Below, piece after piece: positions 34,752 to 47,107 of a stretch of DNA of 64,000 bases (position 1 is its first letter; the number at the start of each line of letters is the position of its first letter). Below the pieces are notes generated by a model. The model had not been told where the DNA came from, searched no databases, and saw nothing but the letters and a program-made list of their open reading frames with translations. This DNA is from Sporopachydermia quercuum (lineage: Eukaryota), in contig BCGN01000003.1 in assembly GCA_001599295.1 (NCBI GenBank), positions 310,001 through 374,000 of the forward strand. Reading direction: 5' to 3'. A program made the position numbers and the translations under genes.

Positions 34752-36197
34752 ATGTCGCAACTTCTTCAGTTTGTACAAGGACCTGATGGAGCAGCATTGG
34801 GAACAGGTGTTTCCCACATTATAGATGCTGCTCATGAGAGATACGGAGGACAAAATCCACCCCAATATATGTTGGACCTGGTGATGTCTGTTCAGAATGC
34901 AGTGTTTGGAGGTTATGCAGAGGATTCAGATATTGCTCCTTCAGCAGTATTTGTGGCATGTTATTCAGTCATTTTCTTAGCATATGTTTTCGTCTTCACC
35001 AAGAATTATACTCTAGGACACAAGTTCTGGCTTCATACTGGGATTATGTTATATTGTCTCTTCCGTATTATAGGCTTTGGTTTAAGAATTGCTTGGGCGA
35101 AAGATCCCACAGATATTAATGTTGGATTGACATCCAATGTCATGATTATCATTTCAACCGTCATTTTGGCTAGTTTCAACTTGTTGCTCGCTAAAAGAAT
35201 GTTCAGTTGGAGACATCCTGAGTTAGGCACCTCACTTTTGTTTAATACCTTCTTAGGAATCTTATTCTCGATTGTAGTTGGTTTGTGTGTTATGGCTGTG
35301 GTTGGATCCGTAGTTCCATACCTTTACTATTTGTCAGAGCATAATTATAATATGTGCAAACAAGTACAGCAAGCTGCAGGAGTTTTTGTTATTATTTATG
35401 ATGTTACTGCTTTAGTGCTAGTCACTATTGCCTATGTGGCACCACCAGGAAAGCTTGCTGTTTTCAGTCGCACCAAAAGCAAGTACAAGGGTTTGATTCC
35501 CAGTGTTTATTCACCTTTCTGGATTAGAAGTTTTGGTATTCTTTATTACGTTAAAAAGGGGTCTCAAGTAGTTGTTTATGAGAAATTACCCCCTAGTATT
35601 TTGGCTGAAAAAGACTCGGAAGAATCCAATGAAAGAAATCCTTTGGCGGACGCAATGAGAGTAATCACTTCGTCTGATCATCCAACTCAGAATATCAACA
35701 CACTCATGATTCCTGATTTTGAAGCTTATGAACAACCAAATCCAAGTCAATTAGGATTGAAGCACAACACCAGTGTTCTCTTGATTGTAGTATCTTCTAT
35801 TATCTTGTTAATTGGTGCATGTTTCAGAGCCGCTTCATTGTTTATGAATCAAATGAATGGTGGTGCTGCTGGAATACCTGAACATTCTTGGATCTACAAA
35901 CCAGTTGTAATGTATGTTCTATATGGCGCATTAGAACTTATTGTTCTAATCCTTTGGTTGATCTTTCGAATTGATTTGAGGTTCTACATTCCTGATAGAC
36001 CAAGAAAGGGATTTCCTCCTGACTCTTATGACGGAAGTATGGTTCAGAACATTCTAACTCATACCAGTACAAATATCACACAAACAAGCCGAAGTGAACC
36101 ATTGCCACCTCAAAAGGATGCTTATCCTACTTTTTCACAGAATTCTGACGGAAATTCGTCCGATTTGGGGCCAAAAGAAACCCAGGAAACTGTATAA
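34752..36197 (+). CDS. Fungal multi-pass membrane protein, DUF3112/RTA1-like
   Basis: About 7 hydrophobic helices; FGGY...DIAPSAVF, GHKFW, FRIIGFGLRIAW, RMFSWRHP, RIDLRFYIPD. Confidence 0.75.
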   Translation: MSQLLQFVQGPDGAALGTGVSHIIDAAHERYGGQNPPQYMLDLVMSVQNAVFGGYAEDSDIAPSAVFVACYSVIFLAYVFVFTKNYTLGHKFWLHTGIMLYCLFRIIGFGLRIAWAKDPTDINVGLTSNVMIIISTVILASFNLLLAKRMFSWRHPELGTSLLFNTFLGILFSIVVGLCVMAVVGSVVPYLYYLSEHNYNMCKQVQQAAGVFVIIYDVTALVLVTIAYVAPPGKLAVFSRTKSKYKGLIPSVYSPFWIRSFGILYYVKKGSQVVVYEKLPPSILAEKDSEESNERNPLADAMRVITSSDHPTQNINTLMIPDFEAYEQPNPSQLGLKHNTSVLLIVVSSIILLIGACFRAASLFMNQMNGGAAGIPEHSWIYKPVVMYVLYGALELIVLILWLIFRIDLRFYIPDRPRKGFPPDSYDGSMVQNILTHTSTNITQTSRSEPLPPQKDAYPTFSQNSDGNSSDLGPKETQETV

Positions 36198-36854
36198 TCC
36201 GTCATTAGTTCTCTGGCAGCATTCATTCTTGTTGCACTGTATCTTTTTTTTATTGATTAATGCTCATGAGCTTCTGTATACGATAATAACATAATAGTAA
36301 CCATAATAATAGTAACAAGATTTAATATTTTTACTGCGATAGGCGTTCCAGAACAATCAATCAATGTAACTCGTAACAAAGGAAAGAGTCGTTTATATTA
36401 TTCATCGATTTAAAAAAAGTACAAATTTGTACAAATGTGTACAAATGGTTTGATAAGAAATGGTGTTGATTTCAATAATATCGGAAAAGATAATAAACCC
36501 TATCTAATATAAATGTCATGTCATCATAAAAAGCCTGGAACAGAGTATGCACTACATGTATGTTCATAATTACTGCATGTTCAATTATAGCTTACATATT
36601 CGCCAGTGAAGGAACTTGGCCCCAACATTCAAAATATCTATCCATGCTTGATTACTTATTATTCTCCATCATCATTATGTCGCGAGACGAAAGTAATTGC
36701 TTTAATGTGACTTTCAATACGTGAAAGGTGTGTTGCTGAAGTAAAACGCTTATTGATTCAACGAGGGTTTGTCCGTAGCCATAAATCAACATATTCATAT
36801 CCACGCCACATTATGAGCACTAGAAACTGCTGAATCATTGTTCTTCAAGTGAAT

Positions 36855-37327
36855 ATGTTAAGAAGAAGACTTTTGCGGACTGAATCACGGTCATATAACC
36901 CTGATGAGTTTTTAAGGTTGACGAATCCTGATAAGCTTGATGTCAGGGCCCATCAACGAACGTACGATGGTGCGTATATGAGAGCTGGAATGTCTTTATT
37001 ATCATTATGTATGAACTAGTTAAATATGGTCATTTTTGACATAAGTACTTAATTTCTTATCATCTTATTCCTAACAAGAGTAACCTAGCTTTAATGATTT
37101 TGAAAATGTTCAGTAAGGAGTTTATTCCTATTGGTACTTTATACACATTATATGGCACTTTGGTATTACTGATTGGTCTGCATAGAAAGAATCAAGTAGA
37201 AACTATCTATAAAGTGGATCAAAACGAAGTCACGTATTTCAAAACAGCGGGAAATTCTGTTCTGTTGATGTCAGTTATTAGTTTGATATGTTTTTTGGTG
37301 CTGATGGTGTTGATTCTAGTGATATGA
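36855..37327 (+). CDS. Small 3-TM protein, DUF202 (YidH/Vtc1-like) family, 2 exons: 36855-37008, 37089-37327 (~130 aa)
   Basis: Exon 1 (missed by the ORF track) MLRRRLLRTESRS...DVRAHQRTYDGAYMRAGMSLLSL. Intron 37009-37088 (GTATGA...CCTAAC...TAG) joins in frame to SLMILKMFSKEF...FKTAGN. Family assignment is from memory. Confidence 0.75.
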
Positions 37328-37349
37328 TTGATGATGTTTGAAGTATATG

Positions 37350-39389
37350 TTATAGTCCAACTAGCGATCTAACAAAATCAGCAAAAGGGGGTATTGCGGC
37401 AAGGATTAATAAGAATGTGCCATACATAACAAAAGACAAACTACTCAAGGCTGCAGCTCTAGGATCAGTTGTTAGTAAATGAGCAGTTGTGACAGCACTT
37501 GAATTTAATCCTGACGTTATACCTCTTGTAACATAATCGTCTTCTCTTATTCGAAGAAACTTTGGTCCTAACAAGAAACCACCAACTAAAACCCCACAGA
37601 TTCCGGTCATAATACCAGTAACTGCTGCAAGAGACACAGATCCTTGCAACAGTGTAACTAATGGTACACCTAAGGCGAGAGTAACATTTCTGCCAACAAA
37701 TCCTAATGCCCTTGTTGGAGATATCCCAATACTATAACATATCAAAGGATATAATAATATTGATGAGATACCTATGGATATAGTAGGTATGATTAAAGAA
37801 GGAAAATGGGTCTTCAAATCCCGTCGATAGTTATACATCGGAATTGCCAATGAGACAATACTAACGTCTAAAAGACTACCCAGTACATCACCAGCACCTG
37901 GTAGTATGGTTCCTTGTTTATTGTTGAATAGATAGAGGTAGGTTCTGCCTGTTTTGAACTCTCGTATATGATCAAGAAAGTTTTCCTTTTTAATAAGTGA
38001 AAGAATGTACATTATCAGCACACTAACTGCAGATGACACCAATATTGGATGCAGGAATTTCTTCCATTTTTCTGGTAACTGAATTGCTACTCTAAAAGAC
38101 AGCACAACTATTGCAAGATCTATTGGAAGATTATATGATACAGTGAAGTAAATGATAATACCAACTAATAGTAATATCAAGTAGACGATCCAATCGAAAT
38201 GGCTAGCTATGAATGCACTGATTGTTTTAGCTCGATTTGGAATCTCATACAATAATTGTGAATGTTGATCATAATCATTTGTAGTATTAACTGGTTCTAG
38301 AGGTATTGAGATTCCTGGATTATTTGGTCGATAAAGATCTGCCGTTTTACCAGGTTCACTCAGCAAATTTAGTACTGAGGTATTGGTAACATTATCATTG
38401 GTATTATTGCTAGTAATACTAGTGATATCATTAATTGTTGAGGCATCAAACGAGCTATTTGACATATTAACTACTGAGTTCNTTTCTCTTTCTGTCTCAA
38501 CTAATGGAAGCTGAGAATCAATATTTGTCATCTCAATACTAGTCCTATTAGAAGCAGTTCCCATAGTTGATGGTTCTGCTTCGCTTTCAATATTCGATTT
38601 TCTTGAAACCTTGAATACTTTCTGCAAGCCAAGAACCATATATGCACATATAACGACAGTTGTTAAATATCCAAATATGAAAACGGCTGCGATTAAGAAT
38701 CCTTCTTTAACTGAAACTCTTTCAGCCAATGCCAATGTTATGAAAGCTGGTGTAAATACAACATTAATCCATCGTAATGCGAAACCAAATGGAATTTCAA
38801 TAATTCGTACAGTCGTTGATACTTTCTTTCTACCTAGTAGTTTTGTTAAGATTATCAGTATCAAGAATAATAGTAACATAGTAAACACAGAAGCAGGGAA
38901 GGAAAAGCCAATAGTGGTTATTGTGAGGTTGATTGCATATAGAAAACAAAAGGAGATGATGACTCCCACGGGAATGTAAACATAGCAATGAATGATATGG
39001 GGAAATACAAGACAGATACCCTAATGAAGTTAGAATGTTTATAAGGAAACAAAATGGATCTTGAGACTGCTTTTCAAGTTAGACAGAGTTATTCTTTTTA
39101 TGAAGTTTCCATTTCGTAAGTTGCAGCTACTACGTCACTTCCNAAAGGATCAGAGATTTCTCATCTTGCTGCCACGCTCAAATACTATAACATGATTCTC
39201 AATCTTCCCTTGTCAATCGAGTGAAACAAAAATATAAGACTCTTTTTTACTATCTTGATTTTCTCCGATATCTAAACAATTAAAACATACAGTGTAAAAC
39301 CCTTCTGCTACATCTTTCAAAAGATCAGTAGCTGATCTCAGTAATCTATCATTAGATCCAGGAGTAGTAGCTGTTGATGGTTCATTCAT
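37350..39389 (-). CDS. LrgA/LrgB (CidA/B)-like membrane transporter, PLGG1-related, 2 exons: 39389-39291, 39020-37350 (~589 aa)
   Basis: FPASV, LRWINVVFTPAFITL (LrgA-like part); LHPILV, RNVTLALG, RGITSGLNSSAVTTAHLL (LrgB part). Phase-0 intron 39290-39021 (GTATGT...TTCTAAC...TAG) supplies a 33-codon ATG exon MNEPSTATT... Confidence 0.85.
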
Positions 39390-39952
39390 CTTGCATTCGC
39401 GGTACTGATATTGCTAACATATTATGAAATGTTGTAGATATTTTGCAGAACAAGAGTTCGATATATCAAATTCACTTAAAGCCAAGAAAAACTATNATCC
39501 TTGAATAGTAGAAGAGGAATTTTCTTCATGATGTTTAAGTCTAGTAATATATGATGAAAATAGCGATTCCCCTCATCAACCTGATCCTTAGATCAGGAAA
39601 TGAATATACCCATTAGGCACTAAATGAAAATTATATCGTGCAGATAAGTGCATTGAGCTGCAGATTGTTGACTCTGGATTTGAAGGTGAAAAAGGGTCCA
39701 GGGGTTGTCATTGGGTCTGAGGACAATAATAGACTATCTCAGGTTTAATTTCTAGAGTCCGAAGACTATGTCTTTACACACAAGCAAGCAACAATGATGA
39801 TTCCATCTAAAATTGAAGAATAATGAACAAGACTTGTCCCTACAGCTACAATGAAACTATGGCTGAAATACCCTTGATCTTCATTTCTGATAAATAAAAA
39901 TAAATCTATATCCCATAATAAACTGAATGTAAAATAATGCCTGATGGATGAT

Positions 39953-40528
39953 TTAATCGAAAACCTCGACAGGGTTTTCAATGAAAGTCTTTTCACCAGC
40001 AGGAGCAGTTGGTTCACCGAAAACTAATTGAGCAGCAACTTCCCAGTCAGCAGGAACCTTATCAGCCAATGCAGCTTGCACAATTGGGTTGTAATGTTGC
40101 AAGTTAGCACCAAGTCCTAGTTCTTCGAATGCAGTCCAGGTGTTGATTTGAGCAGCACCGTTAGAAGTGGATGCAAAGACAGGGAAATAGTCAGCGAAAT
40201 CGGCGAATCTTTCTTGCATGGCCTTGATAGAAGCTTTGTCATCAAAGAAGATAACAGAACCGTAAGCTTCGTCACGGCACTTAACAGCTCTTTGGTATCC
40301 GAAGCTGGTAGCAGGGATAGCCTTGACAACTGAGTCCCAAACGGCTTGGTGGGTCTTTCCGACAATAATAGCAGCTCTGATAGTTTGAGAGTTGAAGGAG
40401 GTAGGAGTGTGCTTAACTAGATCTTGAACGATGCTTTGAAGCTGTTCAAGAGTAACTCCACTCGGAAGAGAGTTCTTCAATTCATAGATGGTTCTTCTGT
40501 TGAGAAGGGCCTTAAGAAAGGAGGACAT
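39953..40528 (-). CDS. HBN1: Nitroreductase, Hbn1/Frm2 family
   Basis: NRRTIYEL, HTPTSFNSQ, AYGSVIFF, GANLQHYN, AQLVFG. Intronless, strong codon bias. HBN1 versus FRM2 orthology is not resolvable by eye. Confidence 0.88.
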   Translation of the reverse strand: MSSFLKALLNRRTIYELKNSLPSGVTLEQLQSIVQDLVKHTPTSFNSQTIRAAIIVGKTHQAVWDSVVKAIPATSFGYQRAVKCRDEAYGSVIFFDDKASIKAMQERFADFADYFPVFASTSNGAAQINTWTAFEELGLGANLQHYNPIVQAALADKVPADWEVAAQLVFGEPTAPAGEKTFIENPVEVFD

Positions 40529-40867
40529 TTTGAAGATGTTGTATTTGACTAGTTGTTACAAGTTTTGATAGCAAGCAGCAATTGTCTTTGGATTAAACTT
40601 AATTGATTGATTGATTGGTGTCTAATGATAATTAACAACAGCTGGATTGTTGGATAATAAGTCGGTAATCGATGAATGGCCAGTTGATCTCCTTTTATAA
40701 CAACTGATGGGTACTCGGGAGTCTCGTGAATTAAGTTAAGCTTTCAGATCAAAGGTCTGAGAAAGATTACAGTAAGCATTCACTTAGTTTTTTATTTGTT
40801 ACCAATGGATTGGTAATAAAACCCTTCCATAGTAATTTTAGGGATATTATGTAGTACGTTAGTTATC

Positions 40868-40874
40868 TTACTAA
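40868..40874. promoter_or_regulatory. Yap1-type response element TTACTAA
   Basis: Exact YRE ~340 bp upstream of the nitroreductase. Second copy at 41504-41510. TATAAAA on the minus strand at ~40694. Confidence 0.5.
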
Positions 40875-42464
40875 TCTATACGCCATTCACAATTGTAATT
40901 ATGTTAAGCGTTGTTTATCGTGATTCCTTCGGAGTTGAGAATGTCTACTGATAAGATTCATATTCTCGCTTAAACTAATTGCTACTGAGGACTACTAAGA
41001 CTAAGCTCATTGTCTAAAAACCAATGTTCACAAAAGCTAGATCTAACAATTATCACAGATTGTATACTAGTATATTGTTCTAGGATTCTTTTTTTTTGTT
41101 CTTTTTTATTTCTTTTTTCAAACGGGTCGGGTCGACAGCTTGTAGCACACTCATTAGGTGATTATCATTGAACCGCCACTATAAATCGTAAATATCATAC
41201 ATGCCCTATTTTCTTCTCCAGTGCTTCAACTTTATCTCATTAACTGGGCAAACTATGTTCACGATACAATTATGTATAAACAATTATTCATCNTAGAGGG
41301 GTGCAGAATAAGCATCAGTAATACTGCTGTATAGATAACTCCTCGTTCTCTATGAATTTACTATGAACCGTTCTTTCTCTTCAAATTTCACTCTCAAGAA
41401 GAAAAACCTTAACTATTCTGACATATATTTAAAGTTCTCCAAATAGTAGCTCATGTTAAATCTTATTTTGTATTACCTTTTTGAAGGCAATGGTAGTAAT
41501 ATCTTACTAATTCTATTAGCTGGTTCTCACTAAGCAAGAAAATAAAGTTTCTGCAAAGCTTGTCTTAAAACTTCAGAAGACCTGTCGCACTAGCAACTGG
41601 CTTCGATGATATCAAATATAATAAAAGAATGCAATTTGGACCAGGAAAGGAAGTCAGAAACAAGAGCTCAGATACACTATTGTAGTGGATAGTTGTTAGA
41701 TATGCTACGCTAGGTAAGTTTAGCAAGTTTCATCCAATTGGTTGATCTCAAAAGTTTTCATACAAGTTGAATCTTTCTAGTATTATACATAGACTATAGT
41801 AGTTCGTTAAAAATCAGGAAAAAATGGCTTGATTATAATTGTTTTTAAAAGCACATCGTCGTATGAAACCCTCTACAAGTCCTCGAAAGTTGGCCCGACG
41901 TTCATCATTACTATCAATCAGGCAATCAATATAGGAAACACAACGAAGAAAGAACTCGTAAACTCGTTTTCATCAAACTTAATTTGATATCCTCCAACGA
42001 TACACGTGATTGCCGCTACCAATTTATCATCTTCAATTGGCTTATAAATTATTCAGATGAAACCCAGTTCAAGAACCGCGAAGGGCCATATGAAACTCTA
42101 GTCAAAATCTGTTNAAGGTCCCCGAGAAAAAACAAGAGTGGGTGGTTTGAAAAGAGCAAGTGCTTATCAGCTTAACATCTAATGAACACCTTCCTTGTTT
42201 TATTTGGTCAACCTAGTTGAAGTGTCCGTGAGTAATCTCTATCTTTTTGTAAAGAAAGCTCTTATAGTATTGAATCAGATCTGAAGAATGGGATAATCTC
42301 TATCTGTGGGTTACAGAATTATTCTTAGTNGTAAATTGATCTTTGTATAAACATTACATTAAGAATGAAAAATCTAAAATATGAACTAATATTAAAATAC
42401 ACCTAAAAAATCATATACCCTTAGTTTACCATAATCATATCACATAAACCATTCAAGTTTATGG

Positions 42465-43412
42465 TTAAGCCGAAGTGCCAGATCTTCTCTGAGAATCCTC
42501 TAAAGCCTGACGAAAAAGCACCAGATCTTCGTTCACCTCTTCAGGCTTTAATGATGATACACCATTATATGTTTTACCAGTTCTATGGCCATGCACATTG
42601 ACAGAATGAGTGTGTTTTTCGTTTCTCTTTTTAGCCAGAATGCCTTGCAAAGAGTCCGAATCGGAGACTTTTTGATCATCACTACCAGCTGCACTACCGT
42701 ATCGGCTACTACTTTTATAACCACTGGTCCCAACGCGTCTTTTCTTTGAAGTAGAGTCTACAGAAATACCCGTACTATCTTCAAAGTAGTCATTACGACG
42801 TCTAAGGCTTCTCCTCTCGTAACTAGATCCTGGAGAACCTGGCGATCTCAAGTTATAGCTACCAGATAAGAAATATGAATGGTCATTAGCCACGTCCAGT
42901 AAAGCTTTATCTTCTTTCAGTCTCTTCATCTGCTTCTCAATCCTTTCATATAATTTTTCTTTTATCACTTTAACACAGTTTTCATGTTCTTCGTTAGCAG
43001 CATCTATCTCCTCATTGAACAGCTTTTCGTTCATATCTAGTTGATATTGGTGCCATAGTTTCAGTCTCACCAGCTCGTAGTCTCTAATTTCCTCTAAATC
43101 TGTGAGGTGTTCAATAAACACTTTGTTAGTACCAGAATGCATAGTAGCTAGCGTTTTCTGCAAATTATGAAGCATCATTCTGTAATGTTGATCTCTTTCC
43201 TGTTCGAACACTTCACTCATTCTTTGTAGCTTGGAGTGGATATTCAATCTTCGTTTGTCCTTTTTACTTATATGCGCGGGCTCGGAAGCCATAACTTGAT
43301 TCATTACCCCATTTTGGTTTCTACTATCACCATTGATCACAGGTTCTGCTCCAACGGGACTATAAATCCCTTGAGCTCGAGCTTTGCTGTCTCCGTTTGT
43401 ATATTCTGACAT
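42465..43412 (-). CDS. SDS3: Rpd3L histone deacetylase complex subunit Sds3
   Basis: SKKDKRRLNIHSKL, FEQERDQHYR, DLEEIRDYELVRLKLW, KRLKEDKALLDVAN, LKPEEVNEDL. Confidence 0.9.
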   Translation of the reverse strand: MSEYTNGDSKARAQGIYSPVGAEPVINGDSRNQNGVMNQVMASEPAHISKKDKRRLNIHSKLQRMSEVFEQERDQHYRMMLHNLQKTLATMHSGTNKVFIEHLTDLEEIRDYELVRLKLWHQYQLDMNEKLFNEEIDAANEEHENCVKVIKEKLYERIEKQMKRLKEDKALLDVANDHSYFLSGSYNLRSPGSPGSSYERRSLRRRNDYFEDSTGISVDSTSKKRRVGTSGYKSSSRYGSAAGSDDQKVSDSDSLQGILAKKRNEKHTHSVNVHGHRTGKTYNGVSSLKPEEVNEDLVLFRQALEDSQRRSGTSA

Positions 43413-45337
43413 TATGTAAAAACAGTATAATCTGTTGAAGCTCGCAAATACTCAATCCAAGAACTTCAATTCACCACTGCAAGTAATTTCAGCAGTGAAA
43501 TTAGCTTCTATTTCTCTGTTATCTTTCAACAACTGGTTCTTTAGGCAACTATTATCTGAAAATAAAGAAGATAGACAAAATTGAACGTAATATCTATAAC
43601 TCCTTATCTCTCTGTCAATTCGATTAGAACAGAAGGAAAGTGTGTGGTTCATAGATGATGTTACCCGTATTTTGATATGTAAGATGAGATGTGAAGTTAA
43701 GTAGAATAGTTGTTAAGTGAACTGTTGTGAGTGAAGGCAAATCGTAGTTGACTTTGAATTCATCTAAAACGGTTATGTAGAAAATGTTAGATGAATAATA
43801 TTATTGAAGCAACACTCCTGGAAAAGGAATGAGAGAAGAGGCAAAAGATTTGAAATACGGAGATCACTCTTTGAAGGGCCCAAAAAGATCCATGTTATGA
43901 GATGTGCACCTACGTTGATCTGTGGAACTTGTGAACACATTATCAATTGTATTTTACTTAGAAAACAAAAAGCCTTGAAATTCCTAACTAATTGGTTCTA
44001 CATGAATTTCAGTAAACAATTATTCAATTTGAATATACTAAATTGACTCATTTCAATATTCTTTGTCCTCATCTACACATTCAGTTAACACCCAATGATG
44101 TTTATGCGAACTGGAATGTCTTCCAGAAGAATAGAGATATATATAGGTACGAAGGTTAGAGGGCAGAAAAAGAATTATAAAAGAGGAAATCCATATGTTC
44201 TATGAGACTACATATTGTTTTCTCCTACATAAGCTCCATCGATTAAGTTTGGTCTTTTCTCTTCGTTTCAGTGATGAGGTCTAGTTAAAATTCATTGAAA
44301 CTTTCTTTCAAATATCGACTGTTAACAAAAGTATAATGTAACATGCAAAAGCCTTTCAAAGGGAATTGGTTTAGTTATTGATAGCATATGCTTGTCTAAT
44401 AATAATACCCTTGGAAATTCTCCTTCAGCATTGATAAGGAATTGCTTTTTCCAAATTTTTTTTGTACTGAACTCACTCCCCTTAGGTTCACTTTTTAATA
44501 TTTTTAACATTTGTTCAACAGTCCCATTCATTGACTATACATCCAGAATTGGAACTGATATACAAACTTGGTCACTAAAATGGCTTCCGTAGCAATTGCC
44601 GATTATTCAACAAGGCAAATAAATTCATGATTGTTCTTCCTTCTAAGTACGTAATTACCTTTATTTCAATGTTTTTATTTTTTAATTTTCAATCTTTTAA
44701 TTTTTTAATTTTTTTCTTCATATATTCTTTCATCCAAACATTGTCTTTGCACCACGTAGTCATATCCAAATGGGGCCAAATCAACCAGGTGAGACGGGCA
44801 CTTTTCTAATCGCCAAAAAAAAAAAATTAAAGTTCACCACTTTCTCTTTGACCACCAGTTTGTTTTTTCGTGACACGCTTAGAATATCAAGTTATAATAT
44901 CTGGAGCATTTTATGTTTTACTACTAAATTTCATTCAAAATAAAGTGTAAAATAAAGATTTTGATTTGAAGCTGTTGATGTATCGTTAGGGAGATCAGTT
45001 GAAAAAGAAATATATCCCGAAAATTGCTATTTATCACTGAATCGAGTGTATTTACCGTGCTCTATCTAAATTAATTGATTTTGAAGGCCTGGATGGTAAT
45101 CAAGGCCCAGACGTTCAGGAAGGAAAATACGAGGTGTGTTGGGGATAGGCATACGATAAATAAAATCAAAGTAAAATAATTGTACCGCGTATGAGTATTT
45201 CAGTACTCATTTATCTTGAGTCTATTATTAATTATTCAGTGTTCGATAGGCTGGATTCTCACTGGCGTGTAATCTGTTGTTTGCACAAAGACTGAAGAAG
45301 GAAGAAGTGGGTGAGATTTGAATCAGATAAGACCACA

Positions 45338-46915
45338 ATGTTTGGAATGGCGATTTACAGGATTCGCCGGCTGACGCGTCAAATGACACGTTTTCTGAAA
45401 GTAGGAGGAGCACATAATTTAATGCAAAATTATAACGGTAAAGGCAAACATATGGCTTTAGGTGGAAGACGGAAGCTCCGATTTACATTATCTGCTCTCG
45501 GTATAACACTGGCAGTACTAGCATTGGTTATTTTGATTGTCACGAAAACAGTAATATACTTTACTCGGGAAGTACCCAAATATCATTTTTCAATAGAGAA
45601 GTTTAATCATCCTGTGGATCCAATATTTGCAGCTGGGTGCCAAGATGTGGAGAACAATAGTCAAACAAACGAAAGGGCAAATGCTGTCATAATGATGTTA
45701 GCGCGAAATTCTGAGGCAGATGCTGTGGCACATTCAGTCAGATCTTTGGAAAGGCATTTCAATAGGTGGTATAACTATCCTTACGTTTTTCTTAATGACG
45801 AACCATTTGATGAGAATTTTCAAAATACTATCAAAAGTCTCACCGATGCTCAAGTTGAGTTTGGCGTCGTTGAGCCAGAAATATGGAATTTCCCTTCATG
45901 GCAAGATAAAGAAGAGATAGAAGAAATGATCAGATTGCAAGGTGATGAAGGAATTATGTATGGAGGAATGAAAAGCTACCATTTAATGTGTCGATTCTAT
46001 TCTGGGTTATTCTATAAGCATCCTCTAATGCAAGGTTATGATTGGTTCTGGAGAATTGAACCGAAAGTGGATTACTTTTGTGATATAACCTATGATCCTT
46101 TCCTTGAGATGGAAAAATCTGGCAAGGTGTATGGTTTTACTGTCGCATTGAAAGAATTAGCAGCAACGGTTCCTACCTTATTCAGATATACTAAGGCCTT
46201 CATGAAAAAGTATGATATCAAGCCTGCCAAGACCTGGGAAATGTTTTTAGTTAATAAAGATCCAACTGTGCAGTTCAAAGATGATGAACCAAGATTAGCG
46301 GCTGAACTAAAGCTTGAAAAAGAGGTTCAAGCACGAAAAGAAAAATTAGAAGAGATCATTGATAAGATTGAAAATGAGGGTGCCAGCAGCTTAACTGAAG
46401 ATGAATTAGCTCTATTAAACGACCAAAATAGTTTAGAAGACATCAAAATGGATGATATTGATGGAGAAGAATACAACCTCTGTCACTTTTGGAGTAATTT
46501 CGAGATTGCTCGTTTGGATTTCTTCAGATCTGAGCAGTATCAATCCTATTTTGATTATTTGGAAAACTCAGGTGGTTTCTGGAGAGAAAGATGGGGCGAT
46601 GCTCCAGTGCATTCATTGGCCGTTGGAATGTTTTTGGAACCTAGTCAAGTGCATTATTTCAGAGACATAGGTTACAGGCATTCCACAATAGCACATTGTC
46701 CTGCTAATGCAGTAAAAGAAAATCAAACGAAATTCTTGCCTTATAGTAGGGATGAAGAGGATAAGAAAGATAATCCATTTTGGGCAGCATTTGATAAACC
46801 AACTGAGTACGGATCCGGATGTCACTGTAGATGTGACAATTCAATCCCTGAGATTGAGGATTCTGGGTCAGGCTGTTTTGTCAACTGGAAGGAGCTATTG
46901 GAAAGTATAGAATGA
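45338..46915 (+). CDS. GT15 alpha-1,2-mannosyltransferase, Ktr5/Ktr7-like
   Basis: Type II TM; MLARNSE, FNRWYNYPYVFLNDEPF, YHLMCRFYSG, YNLCHFWSNFEI, ERWGDAPVHS. Start uncertain among several in-frame ATGs (45338 is the first). Confidence 0.92.
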   Translation: MFGMAIYRIRRLTRQMTRFLKVGGAHNLMQNYNGKGKHMALGGRRKLRFTLSALGITLAVLALVILIVTKTVIYFTREVPKYHFSIEKFNHPVDPIFAAGCQDVENNSQTNERANAVIMMLARNSEADAVAHSVRSLERHFNRWYNYPYVFLNDEPFDENFQNTIKSLTDAQVEFGVVEPEIWNFPSWQDKEEIEEMIRLQGDEGIMYGGMKSYHLMCRFYSGLFYKHPLMQGYDWFWRIEPKVDYFCDITYDPFLEMEKSGKVYGFTVALKELAATVPTLFRYTKAFMKKYDIKPAKTWEMFLVNKDPTVQFKDDEPRLAAELKLEKEVQARKEKLEEIIDKIENEGASSLTEDELALLNDQNSLEDIKMDDIDGEEYNLCHFWSNFEIARLDFFRSEQYQSYFDYLENSGGFWRERWGDAPVHSLAVGMFLEPSQVHYFRDIGYRHSTIAHCPANAVKENQTKFLPYSRDEEDKKDNPFWAAFDKPTEYGSGCHCRCDNSIPEIEDSGSGCFVNWKELLESIE

Positions 46916-47107
46916 ACTAGCAATGCTATGCAATACTACATTAACCTCAAGTCAAACAAGTTAAACAACTCATTAATAGATTCATTCAAAGAGCTGAACG
47001 CATGCATAATACGAATATAATATAACTAATTTAGTTTCCCTACAAACAATAAACCAGTAAATATAATAAATTACCGAATTGAATATACCAGTATAATACA
47101 CAATAAC

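Noticed and set aside
39552..39598. ATGATGA...CTGA box C/D-like pair and hairpin CCTGATC-CTTA-GATCAGG
   Set aside because: Too short, no terminal box D at snoRNA distance, and no recognisable rRNA-complementary guide.
41984..42175. NREGPYETLVKI resembles the Ty3/gypsy integrase GPY/F motif
   Set aside because: Isolated short similarity; no RT/RNase H/DDE remnants, LTRs or target-site duplications seen.
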